Origin: Isurus oxyrinchus
Lineage: Eukaryota
Assembly (NCBI GenBank): GCA_026770705.1
Contig: JANJGN010000087.1
Location: 682,001 to 746,000, forward strand
Reading direction: 5' to 3'
DNA: 64,000 bases
Shown: in pieces, positions 52,888 through 64,000 of the stretch
Position numbering within the stretch: the stretch's first letter is position 1
How the letters are laid out: every line of letters begins with the position of its first letter
Made by a program: the position numbers and the translations under genes
The notes under the pieces: generated by a model
Told to the model about the DNA's origin: nothing
Database searches by the model: none
Seen by the model: only the letters and a program-made list of their open reading frames with translations

Positions 52888-53910
52888 GTTCTGCAATGCA
52901 CTGCCTGAGAATGTGGTGGACGAGGATATGCAATGCACTGACTGAAATTGTAGTGAATGATGAAATGCAAAGCACTGTCTGAGAAAATGCTAGCTCAAGA
53001 TCTGCAATGCAATGTCTTAGATTGTGATGGATGAGGATCTGTAATGCATTGACAGAGAATGTGGGTGATGAGGACCTGGGATGCAATGTACCAGAATATG
53101 CTGGATGGAAATCCGCAATACACTGTCTGAGAATGTGACGGATGATTGTCTACAATGCACTGGCTGAGAATGTGGGTAGATGAGGATCTGCTTCAAGCTA
53201 TCTGACATGCACATTCTGAGATCGTGGGGGGGTGGGGGGGGTGAGGATCTGAAACACACGGTCTGAGATTGTGGGGGATGTGGATCTGCAATGCACTGCT
53301 TGAGAATGTGGTGGATTTGGATCTGCAATCCACTGCCAGAGAATGTGAGGGAATAAAGATTTGCAATGCACTGTCTGAGAATGTTAGTGATGAGGGTCTG
53401 GAATGCACATGTATGAGAATGTGCTGGATGACGATCTGCAATGCTCTTTCAGATAATTTGGTGAATGAGGACATGGAATGCACCTTCCGACAAGGTGGTG
53501 GATAAAGATCTGAAATATGCTGTCTGAGATTGTGGTGGATGTCGACCTGCAATGCACTGTCTGAAAATGTGGCGTATGTGGATCTTCACTGCATTTTCTG
53601 AAAATGTGAGTGACGAGGATCTGGAATGCACTGTCTGAGAATGTGCTGGATGACGATCTACATTCCACTGTCTAAGATTGTGGTGTTTGATGATCTGCAT
53701 TGTACTGTTGGAGAATGTGGATGATGAGGGTCTGCAATGCACTGCCTGAGAAAGCGAAGGATGAGGATATGAAATGCACTCTCTGAAAATGATGGTGATG
53801 AGGATCTGCAATTCATTGTTGGAGAATATGGTGCTTGAAGATATGAAAAGCATCGTCTAAGAATGTGGCGGCGAGGATCTGAAATGCACTGCCTGAAGAT
53901 GTGGTGGATG
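52888..53910 (+). repeat. 37-bp minisatellite, about 27 diverged copies (GATCTGCAATGCACTGTCTGAGAATGTGGTGGATGAG)
   Basis: TGCAA recurs at 52892, 52929, 52966, 53003 and onward (period 37). Confidence 0.93.
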
Positions 53911-54112
53911 AATATGAATCGTAGATTTTAAAATATATATGGTTAAATAAATGAGTGAAAAACAATGCACAGTTATTGTAAATTGCAGGGTTGTGTGAGT
54001 GGGTGAGATACTTTCACAGAGATCCTCCATGGACAGAACATGCTGAAAGGCCCCTTTCAGTGTTGCAGGGAGATTATTTTAATCCATGATTACATTGACT
54101 GAGAGGTCTCAC

Positions 54113-54427
54113 CTGAACAGATGACACTGGCGTCATTTCCATGTGAGCAGTTAAAATTTTCCCCGGATGTAACCCGACACTCTGTCACTCGCGATTCATT
54201 CCCGTGGCACCTGTAATTTTCCTTCCACACACGGCCTGCTCCCTGCCCAAAGGGAGAAACCCTCGGGATTTCCTTTACAGCCCCGCACTGAAGGTGCTCA
54301 CACACCACACTGGCGTCTTCAAAACCAAAGTGAATATCACACAGGGTCCCCCACTGCTCTCCGTGCAGCACTTCCACCCGGCCGGAGCACCTGTTCTCAC
54401 CACCAACCAATCGGGGTCCATGCTTCC
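54113..54427 (-). CDS. SRCR domain exon 3 (GKHGPRLVGGENRCSGRVEVLHGEQWG...ASVICS), CD163 domain 5 / WC1 'b'-like
   Basis: ORF 54090..54554; 8 Cys; AAACAG acceptor, CAG|GTGAGA donor; 315 bp. Confidence 0.95.
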
Positions 54428-55596
54428 CTGTTTTTAATAAAAATAAGGACGAAAATATTTTGTAAATGAACATTTGAATATAGACATGGCGAAACAAAGA
54501 AAAATGAAGGAATGAAAATTTATAAATTCGTGTTGTACTGCACTGTTTACACATCTTACTGTTTGAAACTCATTAGACTGCGATAAGCCCTTAAACGAAC
54601 GTGTCTGTTTGCTCAAAGTAGAGAGTTCATCCAGGAAAATGCTAACGGAATTTTGGACTTTGTCTCAACAGCTTTGAAATAGCAAAGAGAGGACGTGACG
54701 TTTCAGTCATACCCAGTATTGGCCAGAACCAACCTGTATAACAGCTGTCAGATTTGGACAGGGCACTCCGGAAGAAACTATTCGTCTTGGAGGGGATGCA
54801 ATGTATATATAGAAGGATGCTTAATTTACTTAAACATTGTATTGTGATTCCGAATCGAACAAAAATGTCTTGAAGCTATTTACTCTGGAAGGATTAGGGC
54901 TGATTAAACGATGTTAAAAATCTTAAATGGATTTCAATGATTTGGCAAAGAGTCACGTGTCCAGTAATCCAGAACAAGGTCACTCAAGGGATGAAGTTGT
55001 TATTGCTGGGGACAGGAATATATTTGAGACGGCCTGCATTTATTCCTGTTTTCTACATTCCCCTGTGGAAGCGATTGGAATTCATTCTCTTGGACTGCTG
55101 ACGTAGGCACATAGCACATACAGCTGCAATGCTGCTACGGAGATAATCCCACTATTTTGAGCAAGAAACAAGAAAGGAAATTTTCTCCTAATTATTTACT
55201 TTATTTCGGTCAATTCATTGAAACGCCTCTCTAAAATAATGCAACCACAGTTAAATATTGATTCGCCTACTTTTATAATTAATGAAGTCATTTCATGCTT
55301 GGCAGACAGAAAACGACTTGAGATTTCAATCGATAATGGGTGTTCTGGCAAATGTGAATGAAAAACCTATGTATGGTGCAAGCATTAATTTCGCAATAAT
55401 AATGCGTTATTTTCAGATTACGCAGAAGTTACTGACTTAAACATAATTGCATTATTCCAGATTCATAAAAAGCGACAGTGAACTATAAAGAAGTGCTTGG
55501 GAATGATCATAATACAAGGAAACAGCAATGGCATTTTCTCCGTTTCTGAAAAGTTCACCAGAAAACCTTTATGTGTTTTGGAATCCTTCTACTCAC

Positions 55597-55911
55597 CGGA
55601 ACAGCTCACACCGACATCGTTCATGTGGGTGCACTCGTTTTGATTTACTGGAGAGATAGGGCAGTCTGTCAGGCTTGTCTCATTGCCTTTACAACCAAAT
55701 TTATCGCTCCGTAGAATTCCAGTGCCCTTTCCAAAATAAGCCCCTTTTTCCACAGACACGGGGACTCCACACTGAAGCTGATGACAGACCACACTGGCGT
55801 CATTCCAATCCCAGTGAAGATCACACACTGTTCCCCAGGTTGTACCGAACTGTATTTCCAGTCTGCCCGAGCAGTTGGAATCCATGGATACGAGTCTGGG
55901 AAACCTGTGAT
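55597..55911 (-). CDS. SRCR domain exon 2 (DHRFPRLVSMDSNCSGRLEI...VGVSCS), CD163 domain 5 / WC1 'b'-like
   Basis: ORF 55589..55975; 8 Cys; TACTCAG acceptor, CCG|GTGAGT donor; 315 bp. Confidence 0.95.
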
Positions 55912-57818
55912 CTGAGTAACAACAATTCATGATTGTCCCAATCATTTTCAATTTTGTGCATATCTGTTTAAGCAAAACCTGTGATGATGACTTCTGATAA
56001 GGGTTTCATCCCGGCACAATAGCGATTAAGCAAAACCCCACAATCCTCCAGAAGTTATTGCTTGCAAAGAGGCCACATGCATCCTTTAACACACTTAGAT
56101 TTACTGCTACCTCAGTACGGTGTTACAAGCATGCACTATATCTGCAGAGAGAACTTGGCTAAACATCTATTGAGAGAGATGTGTTCTTTGACGTCAAACA
56201 ATCTCTGCACTACCCGCAGTGAAATTTCTTCATTGCATATTATTCTTATACCGGTTCCTGCCCGGAATCCATAGACTGAAATGCAACCATACCATGCTTC
56301 ACCCCAACACACATGCACACCTTTGAGGTTTGGTCGATAGATCTCATTGATGAAGATCACCAAGAATTCGACTTTTCACAGCTGGTATTTCAGTGGCACT
56401 AATGCCCAAATAGAAACTACATCAAGTTGCATCCAGGCAACATTCCCCCCACCCACAGACACCCCCCCCCCCCCCCTCAACCCCCGCCAACCCAGCCATC
56501 ATTGCAGGAAAACATCTGATCAACAACAAAATTCCCTTTCTCTTACATTCCGTATTTTCTATCGAGTTGAATTTAATAGTTTTAAATACATATTTATTCT
56601 CAAAGTCCCAATTTATCTAATTTTACTACCTCTGGCCCCTCATTTTTCAATCCCCCCTCTTGAATTATAAGACCCACTTTTCACAACATCTACTTATATG
56701 GAAGTGACAGCAACTTTCTCTTCATAACACTTTCAGGGCGTAACTCTTCCCTGGAACCGGGCGACTGCAACTAGACATATCCTGTGACCGGCCAGAAAAT
56801 TATTCAGATAAATCCAGGAACCCTGACTTGTCCTCGAATCTACCATTTGATCTGCTGGCATTTGTTCTTTCGTCGATGGAGCATATTGACGAACACAGAC
56901 ACCAAATAACCTCAAACATAAAATGATTGATCCCACAATACTTTCCCAGTGAAACGTTCCGAACACTGGAAGCACAAAGCAATGTTAAGTGCCATTTTGA
57001 ATATGTCAGTAAAATGTAACGGTCACATACAAGGGGCAAAAACAGGCTCGTGTTATTTTAGCATTTTTAAAGTACTGACAGCTGAATCCAAACGAAACAA
57101 TCACCGGATAACCATGTACAGTTTTGTGAACCAAGCCTTAGTTTTAATACGCTGATCATTTAAGGAGTGCATTTCGGGCTCCCCAGAATGTTTCCCGTCT
57201 TCCAAGTGCAAACTTGAAAGGACAGCTTATGTCAATTGGTTCATGTTCCCGTACATCGCCTTTTGATTCCCGAAGCTTTAAATTTAATAGATCACTGAAG
57301 CATTTCATACTTATATATATAATCAATCACATACAAAGGGAGCCTCTTAAGGCCATAATCAATGTGCAATTGAATGGGGAGACAGTGATACTCCAACAAT
57401 ATTCTCTCTCTTCCTCACTCAGACCTCACTTCTAGTGTAATGAGGTCAGTGAGAGGCCATGAGAAAGCAAACTCATTGCAACCGAATAGTCTTCACGGGC
57501 CTTGGCAATTAATGTCCGGTAACCTTCCATCTGTAGCCTGAATTGCATGGCATAATATAGGGGTGAATGGATTAAAACAAAAATGACCCTCAATAATTAT
57601 GGGTCATTGGATCCAGGACACCAATTACACTGTCAGATGCATTAAAATATTTGGATGACAGAGTATCAGATCGCTGCCTTCTATAATGATTACCAACGTT
57701 GTTCATGGATCGTTTGTCCATTAACGAATGTTGTCTCTGAATATCGCTTCCACAGTTGTCGTGCCAAAATCTTACTGGTGTGAAACGTGAACATTGTCTG
57801 TCCACAGGTACCCCTTAC

Positions 57819-57853
57819 CCAAATCAGTCGTTTTAACATCTTCTGTTTTTTTT
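57819..57853 (-). CDS. candidate linker micro-exon (..TEDVKTTDL)
   Basis: Strong TGG|GTAAGG donor. The TTTTTTTTAG acceptor gives 35 bp across an A8 homopolymer (out of frame by 1). The inner CAG acceptor gives an in-frame 24-bp exon, 57819-57842. Confidence 0.35.
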
Positions 57854-57999
57854 CTAAAAAAAATAGTTACATCGTTTCCTTTACATTTCACAGTAGATTT
57901 TCTGTATTATCGTGCAGCAGAAAAAAAAAACAGCTAATTCGTGTGAGAGACGATGTGGAGCTGGCGGAAAGCTAGCAGAATTAATCCCAAACTGCATAG

Positions 58000-59065
58000 C
58001 AAACAGCCATCAGTAATTAAGGATGGATATTAGATATTCAGACCAGCACAAAGGTAGTTCGTTGTGTTCCAACAGGACTGATGCCAGGAACAATATTGTT
58101 TGCCGTTTACAGAAACAGATTATCCACAGGGAATAGTTCAAAATTAGTCTGTGGAGTCAAATTCAAAGCGCAGTTTAAACTCTGGAAAACTGTGAGGGGG
58201 TACTTACAGAGACAGAATAAACAGTAAATGCAATAAATTCCCAAAATGTGCACTTAATTTGCAAATGAATGTTATAATAGTTAAGGGCAATGCATTATTT
58301 TTGTGAGAATTAATTCAGAGCTCAGGTATTCATTGGAAAATGAAAGTGCACATTAGGTAGATGTGCCATCGGATCTCAGTGTCTCGGCCTTCATTTTTGG
58401 AGGGAAGGAGTTAAAAAGCTTGATAGTTTCATTATATTTCGGTCAGCCCACTCTCGCACTGCCGGCATTTTCCTGTCCCGCGGAAGTCAATGGACATTTG
58501 AATAGCTCATCTCCATTGACACCCACGGCACCACCGCAAGGGGGCCATCAAATTCCTAGAGACACGAGAAAAGTTGAAAGTGATTTCTATGGATTTTGAC
58601 CGTTCTCCGAGGAACGTTGGGGGAAATGAAATGAATTGCCTGGGTACATTTGTTTTCACGAGGGAAGGTAACCAGAGCACTGAAATGATAAAGATCTTTT
58701 TGACGATTGAACAAATTGACAGGATAGATGATGGTTAACTGTGGGCTATGGTGAAAAAAATACTAAAATTCCCAAATGCATTCGGAAGAAATGTTTTTTT
58801 TTACTAGACAGTTGTTAGAATGTGGAACTCGTGGCCACTGAAGATGAGTTGATTGCAATGGATTTATTTATGATTGATGAACAGATGATGGTGAATGGAA
58901 CCTCAAGTTATATTGATGAAGATAGATGATAAGTTGTTGTATTGCCTGGAGGGTAAAGTGGTTGGGGAGCGGGGGATGCTCGATTACGTTATTAACCCCG
59001 AGATTGACCGGTTGGCCTATGGAGTCAGTAGCTTTGCCGTCGTGAATGTGTGATTCTGTGTAATG
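58000..59065 (+). mobile_element. heavily decayed CR1 3' fragment
   Basis: FFTRQLLECGT / RVVRMWNS-like segment at ~58800 and a CR1-like tail. Confidence 0.5.
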
Positions 59066-61016
59066 TTTACAACAGAACTACAGTTGTGAACTTCGCTAAC
59101 ACGATCTGTATTAACTGTCCATCCGAGTTTGCTTGAGAAGATATTCTGTGTTTCATAAAAGCAGCTGCCTTGTGTGTGGTGAACGGGCTACCACATTGCT
59201 CTTAGATTGGGAGTTCATGGAGCTTGAACCAGCGAGATGAACGCCGTTTCTTTCAGAAATGGAGAAGACAATATTTTTAGAGGTGCTGCTGTTCTCCCTG
59301 CACATAATTAAGACTGCCGTCTTATTACCGCACTGAGGGAGAGAATGGTGGTTGATGGTAGTGATTAAACACCCAGTCAAAGACAGTACTTCATCTGGGG
59401 ATGGCAAGTCTCCTGTCTGGTGCCTCAGCAGCGCCTTTACAGGTCACGTGCAGTTTCCACGATTAGCGATGATTCGGGAAATGAGAAACAATGGTGAGAC
59501 AGTTGAAGACTGATACTCACAGAACATTCAGCCTCTGGCCTGCTGAGGAAGCCACGGCATTGGCATTGGCTATTGCAAATGGAAGTTCAGTCAACGGTGT
59601 TCCCCAAGTTTAAGATGATGAGGGACTGTTTGACTGCAAAGCAACTGAATGTCAATTGGAATCTCTCTTCCATTGCTGTCATTAGCCGTTTGCAGACACG
59701 TCTTACTTGGCTTTTATCATTTGGGGCATGGATGCTGTGCAGGATTTGCTCTGTGTGGCTATGGGCTGCTTCCTAATTTGATGAATTGTGAATGGAGCCG
59801 AGCACTGGGCAGTCATGATCAAACAACTCCTCTTCAGAACATGTTACATAAAGGAGATGACTGAAGCAGTTGAAAAAATTACAACATTGATCAGTAACTT
59901 AGAAAGTGCAGTTTCCGTTTAATCTCCATTGAGTTTAGTTTTAAAAGGCTGATTCAGTTTTATAATTGCTGCCCTTTCCACCGAAATCCCACAAAGGGTT
60001 AAGTTGCTAATAGATCTGTTCCGATGATGGCTAGATTCGGTCCATGTGCCAGGATTTCTTGGGTGCGCTGATGGGGAACTCTCCGCTTTTCATCCAGTAA
60101 TGTAACGCTTTCAAGATTATTCACTGCAATTGTGCCTTGCATTACACTTAACATATTGGTTTGAAATGCTGCACTTCTTCCGATCTCAATATAAATTAAA
60201 TATTGAACCGAATGGTCTGTGCAGTTGACATCGGGATTATGTTTGCAGATTATACCCTTGCTGCCCCATAATTTAGACTCTTCCCAGGCACAGAAACCTT
60301 CCTTCCCAGTTCCCGATTCACAACCTGTAAAATATCAGACCAATTATTCCGTTATACGGAATCTGGGAAACCTGAGGAACGGCAGAGATGAGCATGCGGA
60401 CCCAGCGAAAGTATTGGCGCCTTGAACTATGTGTGAACATCCTGGGAAGTTTCAACTTCATCTGGGGAATTCCCCTGCTCTCTGGAATACTCCGCAATAG
60501 AGCTGAATCAAAGACAGCTGCATGCTCCGGTGTGCTCCCCAGGGTCGTTAAACCAAAGAATTTATACAGGGAGTGAGAACATAAAACACTGATCTAACAG
60601 CTGGGCAACTGAATAACTGGACTCTGCAATCGCTCTCACTGATTACCGCAAGAGCATGCCGAACCATCCATGTGAGTGGCGAGGGAGAGCGTATAATGCG
60701 TGCAGGATGTTCCGAACATTCTTCGCTTTCCATGGATTGTCCGGGTCACCTCACAGGAAGAAGCCAGCAGTGATATAAAGCGGACTGCAACGTGCCGTTC
60801 TGGTGTGATCTTAACTTTATAAATTAACACAATTATTGACATGAATGTATGACACGCAATGATTCTAATTGAATATAACATTAACTCCAACTGGAATATC
60901 CTGCCCTAAGTCTCATTCTCCAGCTATCAGCTGTCCCAAAATAACATTTATGCCTCTATTCCAGGGGAAAGAAATCGGATACGATGGGCGATGCGAAGCA
61001 GAAGAAATATTTGTAC

Positions 61017-61331
61017 CTGAGCAGATCGCGCTGGCATCATTGCTGTGCAGCCAGGAATTGTGATCCCAGGAAACTGATTTACAGTCTCGCAGGGCGGCCT
61101 CGTTCCCGCTGCACTCAACATTATATGTCACAACGGGCCCGGAGCCTTCCCCAAAGTGAGCCCCGCCCGGTGCAGAGACCGCGGTCCCGCAGCCCAGCTC
61201 CCGACACACAACAGCGGCGTCCTGCAGGTCCCAGCTGATACCAAGCACAGTCCCCCACTGCCCTCTGTAGTGAATCTCCACTCTTCCTGTGCATCGATTG
61301 CCCCCATTCGCCAGTCTCAGTTTCACAGCCT
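61017..61331 (-). CDS. SRCR domain exon 1 (EAVKLRLANGGNRCTGRVEIHYRGQWG...ASAICS), 6-Cys variant
   Basis: ORF 60913..61344; TTTTACAG acceptor, CAG|GTACAA donor; 315 bp, phase 1-1. Confidence 0.95.
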
Positions 61332-62039
61332 CTGTAAAATACAATAATAAGCATAGAATTACAACCTATTAAAACCACGAGACCCAGCTAACCGGTCTCC
61401 ATTTTCTGCAGGTCAGAGCAGAAGAATTTGGCCCAATCTCCCATTGAAACTCGAGTTAAATGTCAAACCTTTCAAACACAAGGATATAATTGTATTAAAC
61501 CCATAAACGAGCCGGTATAAGTTGGAGAGATGCCCCTTCTGGGACAGTTTGTCGATACGTTCAGAATTTGTTCCAGTCCCCGGAGATCAGGAGATGGAGG
61601 AGACTATAATAGCGAACCCAGTGATTGGCGGAGAGTGAGATCCATTCAGAGTACCAGAGCACAAATTGCATTCTTCTTCTCCCAGCCAGCCCCACCCTCC
61701 CCCAACCTCCGGAACTGGAATGTCATGTAACCTCTATCTCTGTCTGTTCGCGAATTGGCAGCCCATTTGGGATCAAAAGCAGTATCAGTGGTTATTGCCA
61801 TTCTCCTCTCCCGGACCCAAGTCATGGTCACTCTGCATTAGACAGCAATTTTCCCTCAACAGGGTTTAAGTCTGTTCATTATCAGAGTGCAGGAAACATT
61901 CCGTTCCTCCCTGACAGGCACATGGAGAGCGAGTTAATCAATGATCAAGTCGGTACCGCAATTGTCACCAACAGTTAGTTTTAATTCACGTAGAGTGGAC
62001 AGAAAAATTTCAGATAATATGAAAATTGAGAGTTATTAC

Positions 62040-62072
62040 CTGACGGATCAGCCTGACTGCTCCCAGTTCTGC
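62040..62072 (-). CDS. 33-bp linker micro-exon (xRTGSSQADPS) upstream of the first SRCR exon
   Basis: CATTTCATTTCAG acceptor, CAG|GTAATA donor, phase 1-1, open frame. Confidence 0.65.
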
Positions 62073-64000
62073 CTGAAATGAAATGTTGAAAATTAAAGTT
62101 TCATGGGGGTAAGAGAACGATGAAACGGCCAAAAGCGTTCTTTGTTCAAAGCAAATGCGAGAATATTTTGTCATTTTTTGAACATAAGGTTTTCAGGAAC
62201 TTTATGTTAAAAAATTCAACAAACACCCAAGTTTCCATCATTATCTGAAGGTAGATTTCCCGTCGCTTTTCAGAAGAAATAATCCCGCGATTTGTGATTT
62301 AATCTGTTTTCCACTCCTAATGAAGCATCCACTACAGGCTCAGTAGCAGGTTCATGTTATTAACTGGTCAACGTTTACCCAGGAGATCCCGAGAATACCC
62401 ATTACACAGAACACCTCTTCACCATCTAAGGTCCCTCTAGCATACTAAAGATAGTATGTTTACCACACCCACTCTCGGTGCTCCAAGACATGGTGACCGG
62501 CTTGTTTTTGGTCACTTTCCATTTGTTGGTTTCACACCATTGATTGTGCGTTAACATTTTCCATAATGGGCTCTGCTTTTTAGTTTAACCAGGAGGATAT
62601 TCTGGTGTCTCTATATTCCCTGTTTAAAGTGTTAAAGAACATCTCACATTGATTCCCGCCCTCAGTTGAATTTCTGCAACCCCTTGCATGATTTCTGCCA
62701 TTCCTGCACAAAGCCTGCACCTTCCTAGAATATATTACTCAGGAGTTTATTGGAATTGTCTCTGATTGCCTGGGTAATGTAAGTCGCAACAATACTCAAG
62801 AAGCTGCGCACCAGCTATTTCATAGCAACCCCCTTGAGCGGCAGTCCAAACAGCTCCACATTAAGCACCTCATGCAAAAGATGCACAAGATATAAATGCG
62901 ACCTGAAGCCTGATACAAACCGACCCAAAGCAATGCAAGATTGAGAGTTGAGATCTGATATCTCATTAGCTACAACACGATCCTGTTATAAAAACATATG
63001 CAGCATGTGGAAAAGGCTGACAAACATTCAGGTTCACATAAGTAATATACATATAAAAGTTTTCCTTAGGTAAGTGATTTAATTAAAACAGATTTCAGGC
63101 CCCCAAAAAAGAGACACATAATCAAGCATGTTTACAGGTTAATTGCCTGTGAAATGTGAGATCTTATGCTCTCCTCGCCTATCAGTATACAATTAATACT
63201 CAATATAACCATATTTATCCTATGACAACGAACATGGTTCGATCGCAATTTACAATTTAAATTTGAAAAAAATATAACAGTCATTGTCCATAATTCCAAA
63301 GTTAGGTTGAAAACACTATTTGAAATCTTTCAGCTCATAATAGCACACAACAGTCACAACCCTCTGCCACTGATAAATACCTGTTTTAAAAAATATGCGC
63401 AGGTTCAGTTGGCAGAACCGGCAACTTTAACAGGGTTTGTACAGTCGGCCAGTGACCTTACATCGCAGAATGTGATCCACGCTTCTCTAAGAGTAAATGC
63501 ACTCTGCTTCTAGGACTCTGGGATTAAAAACATTTGCAATTGACGCTGCTTTGCCTGTGCAGGAGCTGCAGGGGAGAACGTAAAACTAACTGACTCGTTT
63601 CTGCGAGTTGTATTCTGGATTAAATCGAAATGTGATATGTATTTGGCCACGTATTCAAAGTTTCTGTTAAGCAGATGCAAGTTAATATTTATATGTCACA
63701 GTTATTAATAGAATTTGATAAATTAATTTCCTTTTTTGATGTCGAATGAAGGGAAAATAATGCAGTCCGTAATATGCATTCAATGACATTTCCACACTTT
63801 AAATAAACAGTTTCAAATCTCTCTCCATTTAATATAAATGTTAACATAGGCCCGCTTTTGGGGATTTAAACCTGATCTGCACTTGGTTTGTGAAAATGAT
63901 TCGGGATTATGTTAATTTCGTCTTCTGTCTCCTTTCTGCTCTCTGCAGGGAATGTTCATTAAATTAGCGACACAATTCGGATTTTAGAATTAAAACTTTT

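Larger units (their letters stand above)
50640..54070 (+). mobile_element. decayed CR1 LINE containing a Deu-SINE and an internal minisatellite
   Basis: VDVALMDFEMTFGK-like RT motif (~51500); CR1 tail resumes after the array at 53910-54065. Confidence 0.7.
37561..62072 (-). pseudogene. CD163/WC1/SCART-like group-B SRCR type I membrane receptor gene (7 SRCR + stalk + TM + Tyr-motif tail); disrupted as assembled; 5' exon not found
   Basis: Chain of GT-AG flanked phase 1-1 exons: SRCR exons of 315-319 bp, a TM exon, and cytoplasmic exons with YEEI and DYDDA. TAG at 48607-48609 and a +1 frameshift near 47243-47245. Confidence 0.85.

Noticed and set aside
52888-53910. CRISPR-like periodic array and the His/Ser/Gln-rich ORFs across it
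   Set aside because: Contiguous diverged tandem units with no unique spacers, no cas genes and a eukaryotic context; the ORFs are repeat translations.
56733-57039. Degenerate SRCR or CUB exon
   Set aside because: Cys spacing does not match and there are no convincing splice sites.

Overview
Eukaryotic, repeat-rich genomic DNA, most likely from a cartilaginous fish (shark). This is inferred from the CR1/L2 LINE, Penelope and Deu-SINE families and from a GPR139-like GPCR relic. The main gene is a minus-strand, multi-exon group-B scavenger receptor cysteine-rich (SRCR) membrane receptor of the CD163/WC1/SCART type (~37.5-62.1 kb). It has 7 SRCR exons, linker micro-exons, a TM exon carrying an intramembrane Glu, and cytoplasmic exons with YEEI and DYDDA motifs. 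As assembled it has an in-frame stop (SRCR5) and a +1 frameshift (SRCR6); I did not find its first (signal peptide) exon. Also present: a GPR139-like GPCR pseudogene exon (12.6-13.4 kb); a young Penelope-like retroelement (RT + GIY-YIG, 28.4-30.5 kb) and two old copies; several fold-back Penelope pseudo-LTR elements with hammerhead-ribozyme-like motifs (best at 4.15-4.77 kb, with a 15-bp TSD); many decayed CR1/L2 LINEs; Deu-type SINEs; and a 37-bp minisatellite amplified from inside a CR1 element. No prokaryotic features, CRISPR, rRNA or tRNA genes were seen. All family assignments come from motif recognition by eye, not database searches.
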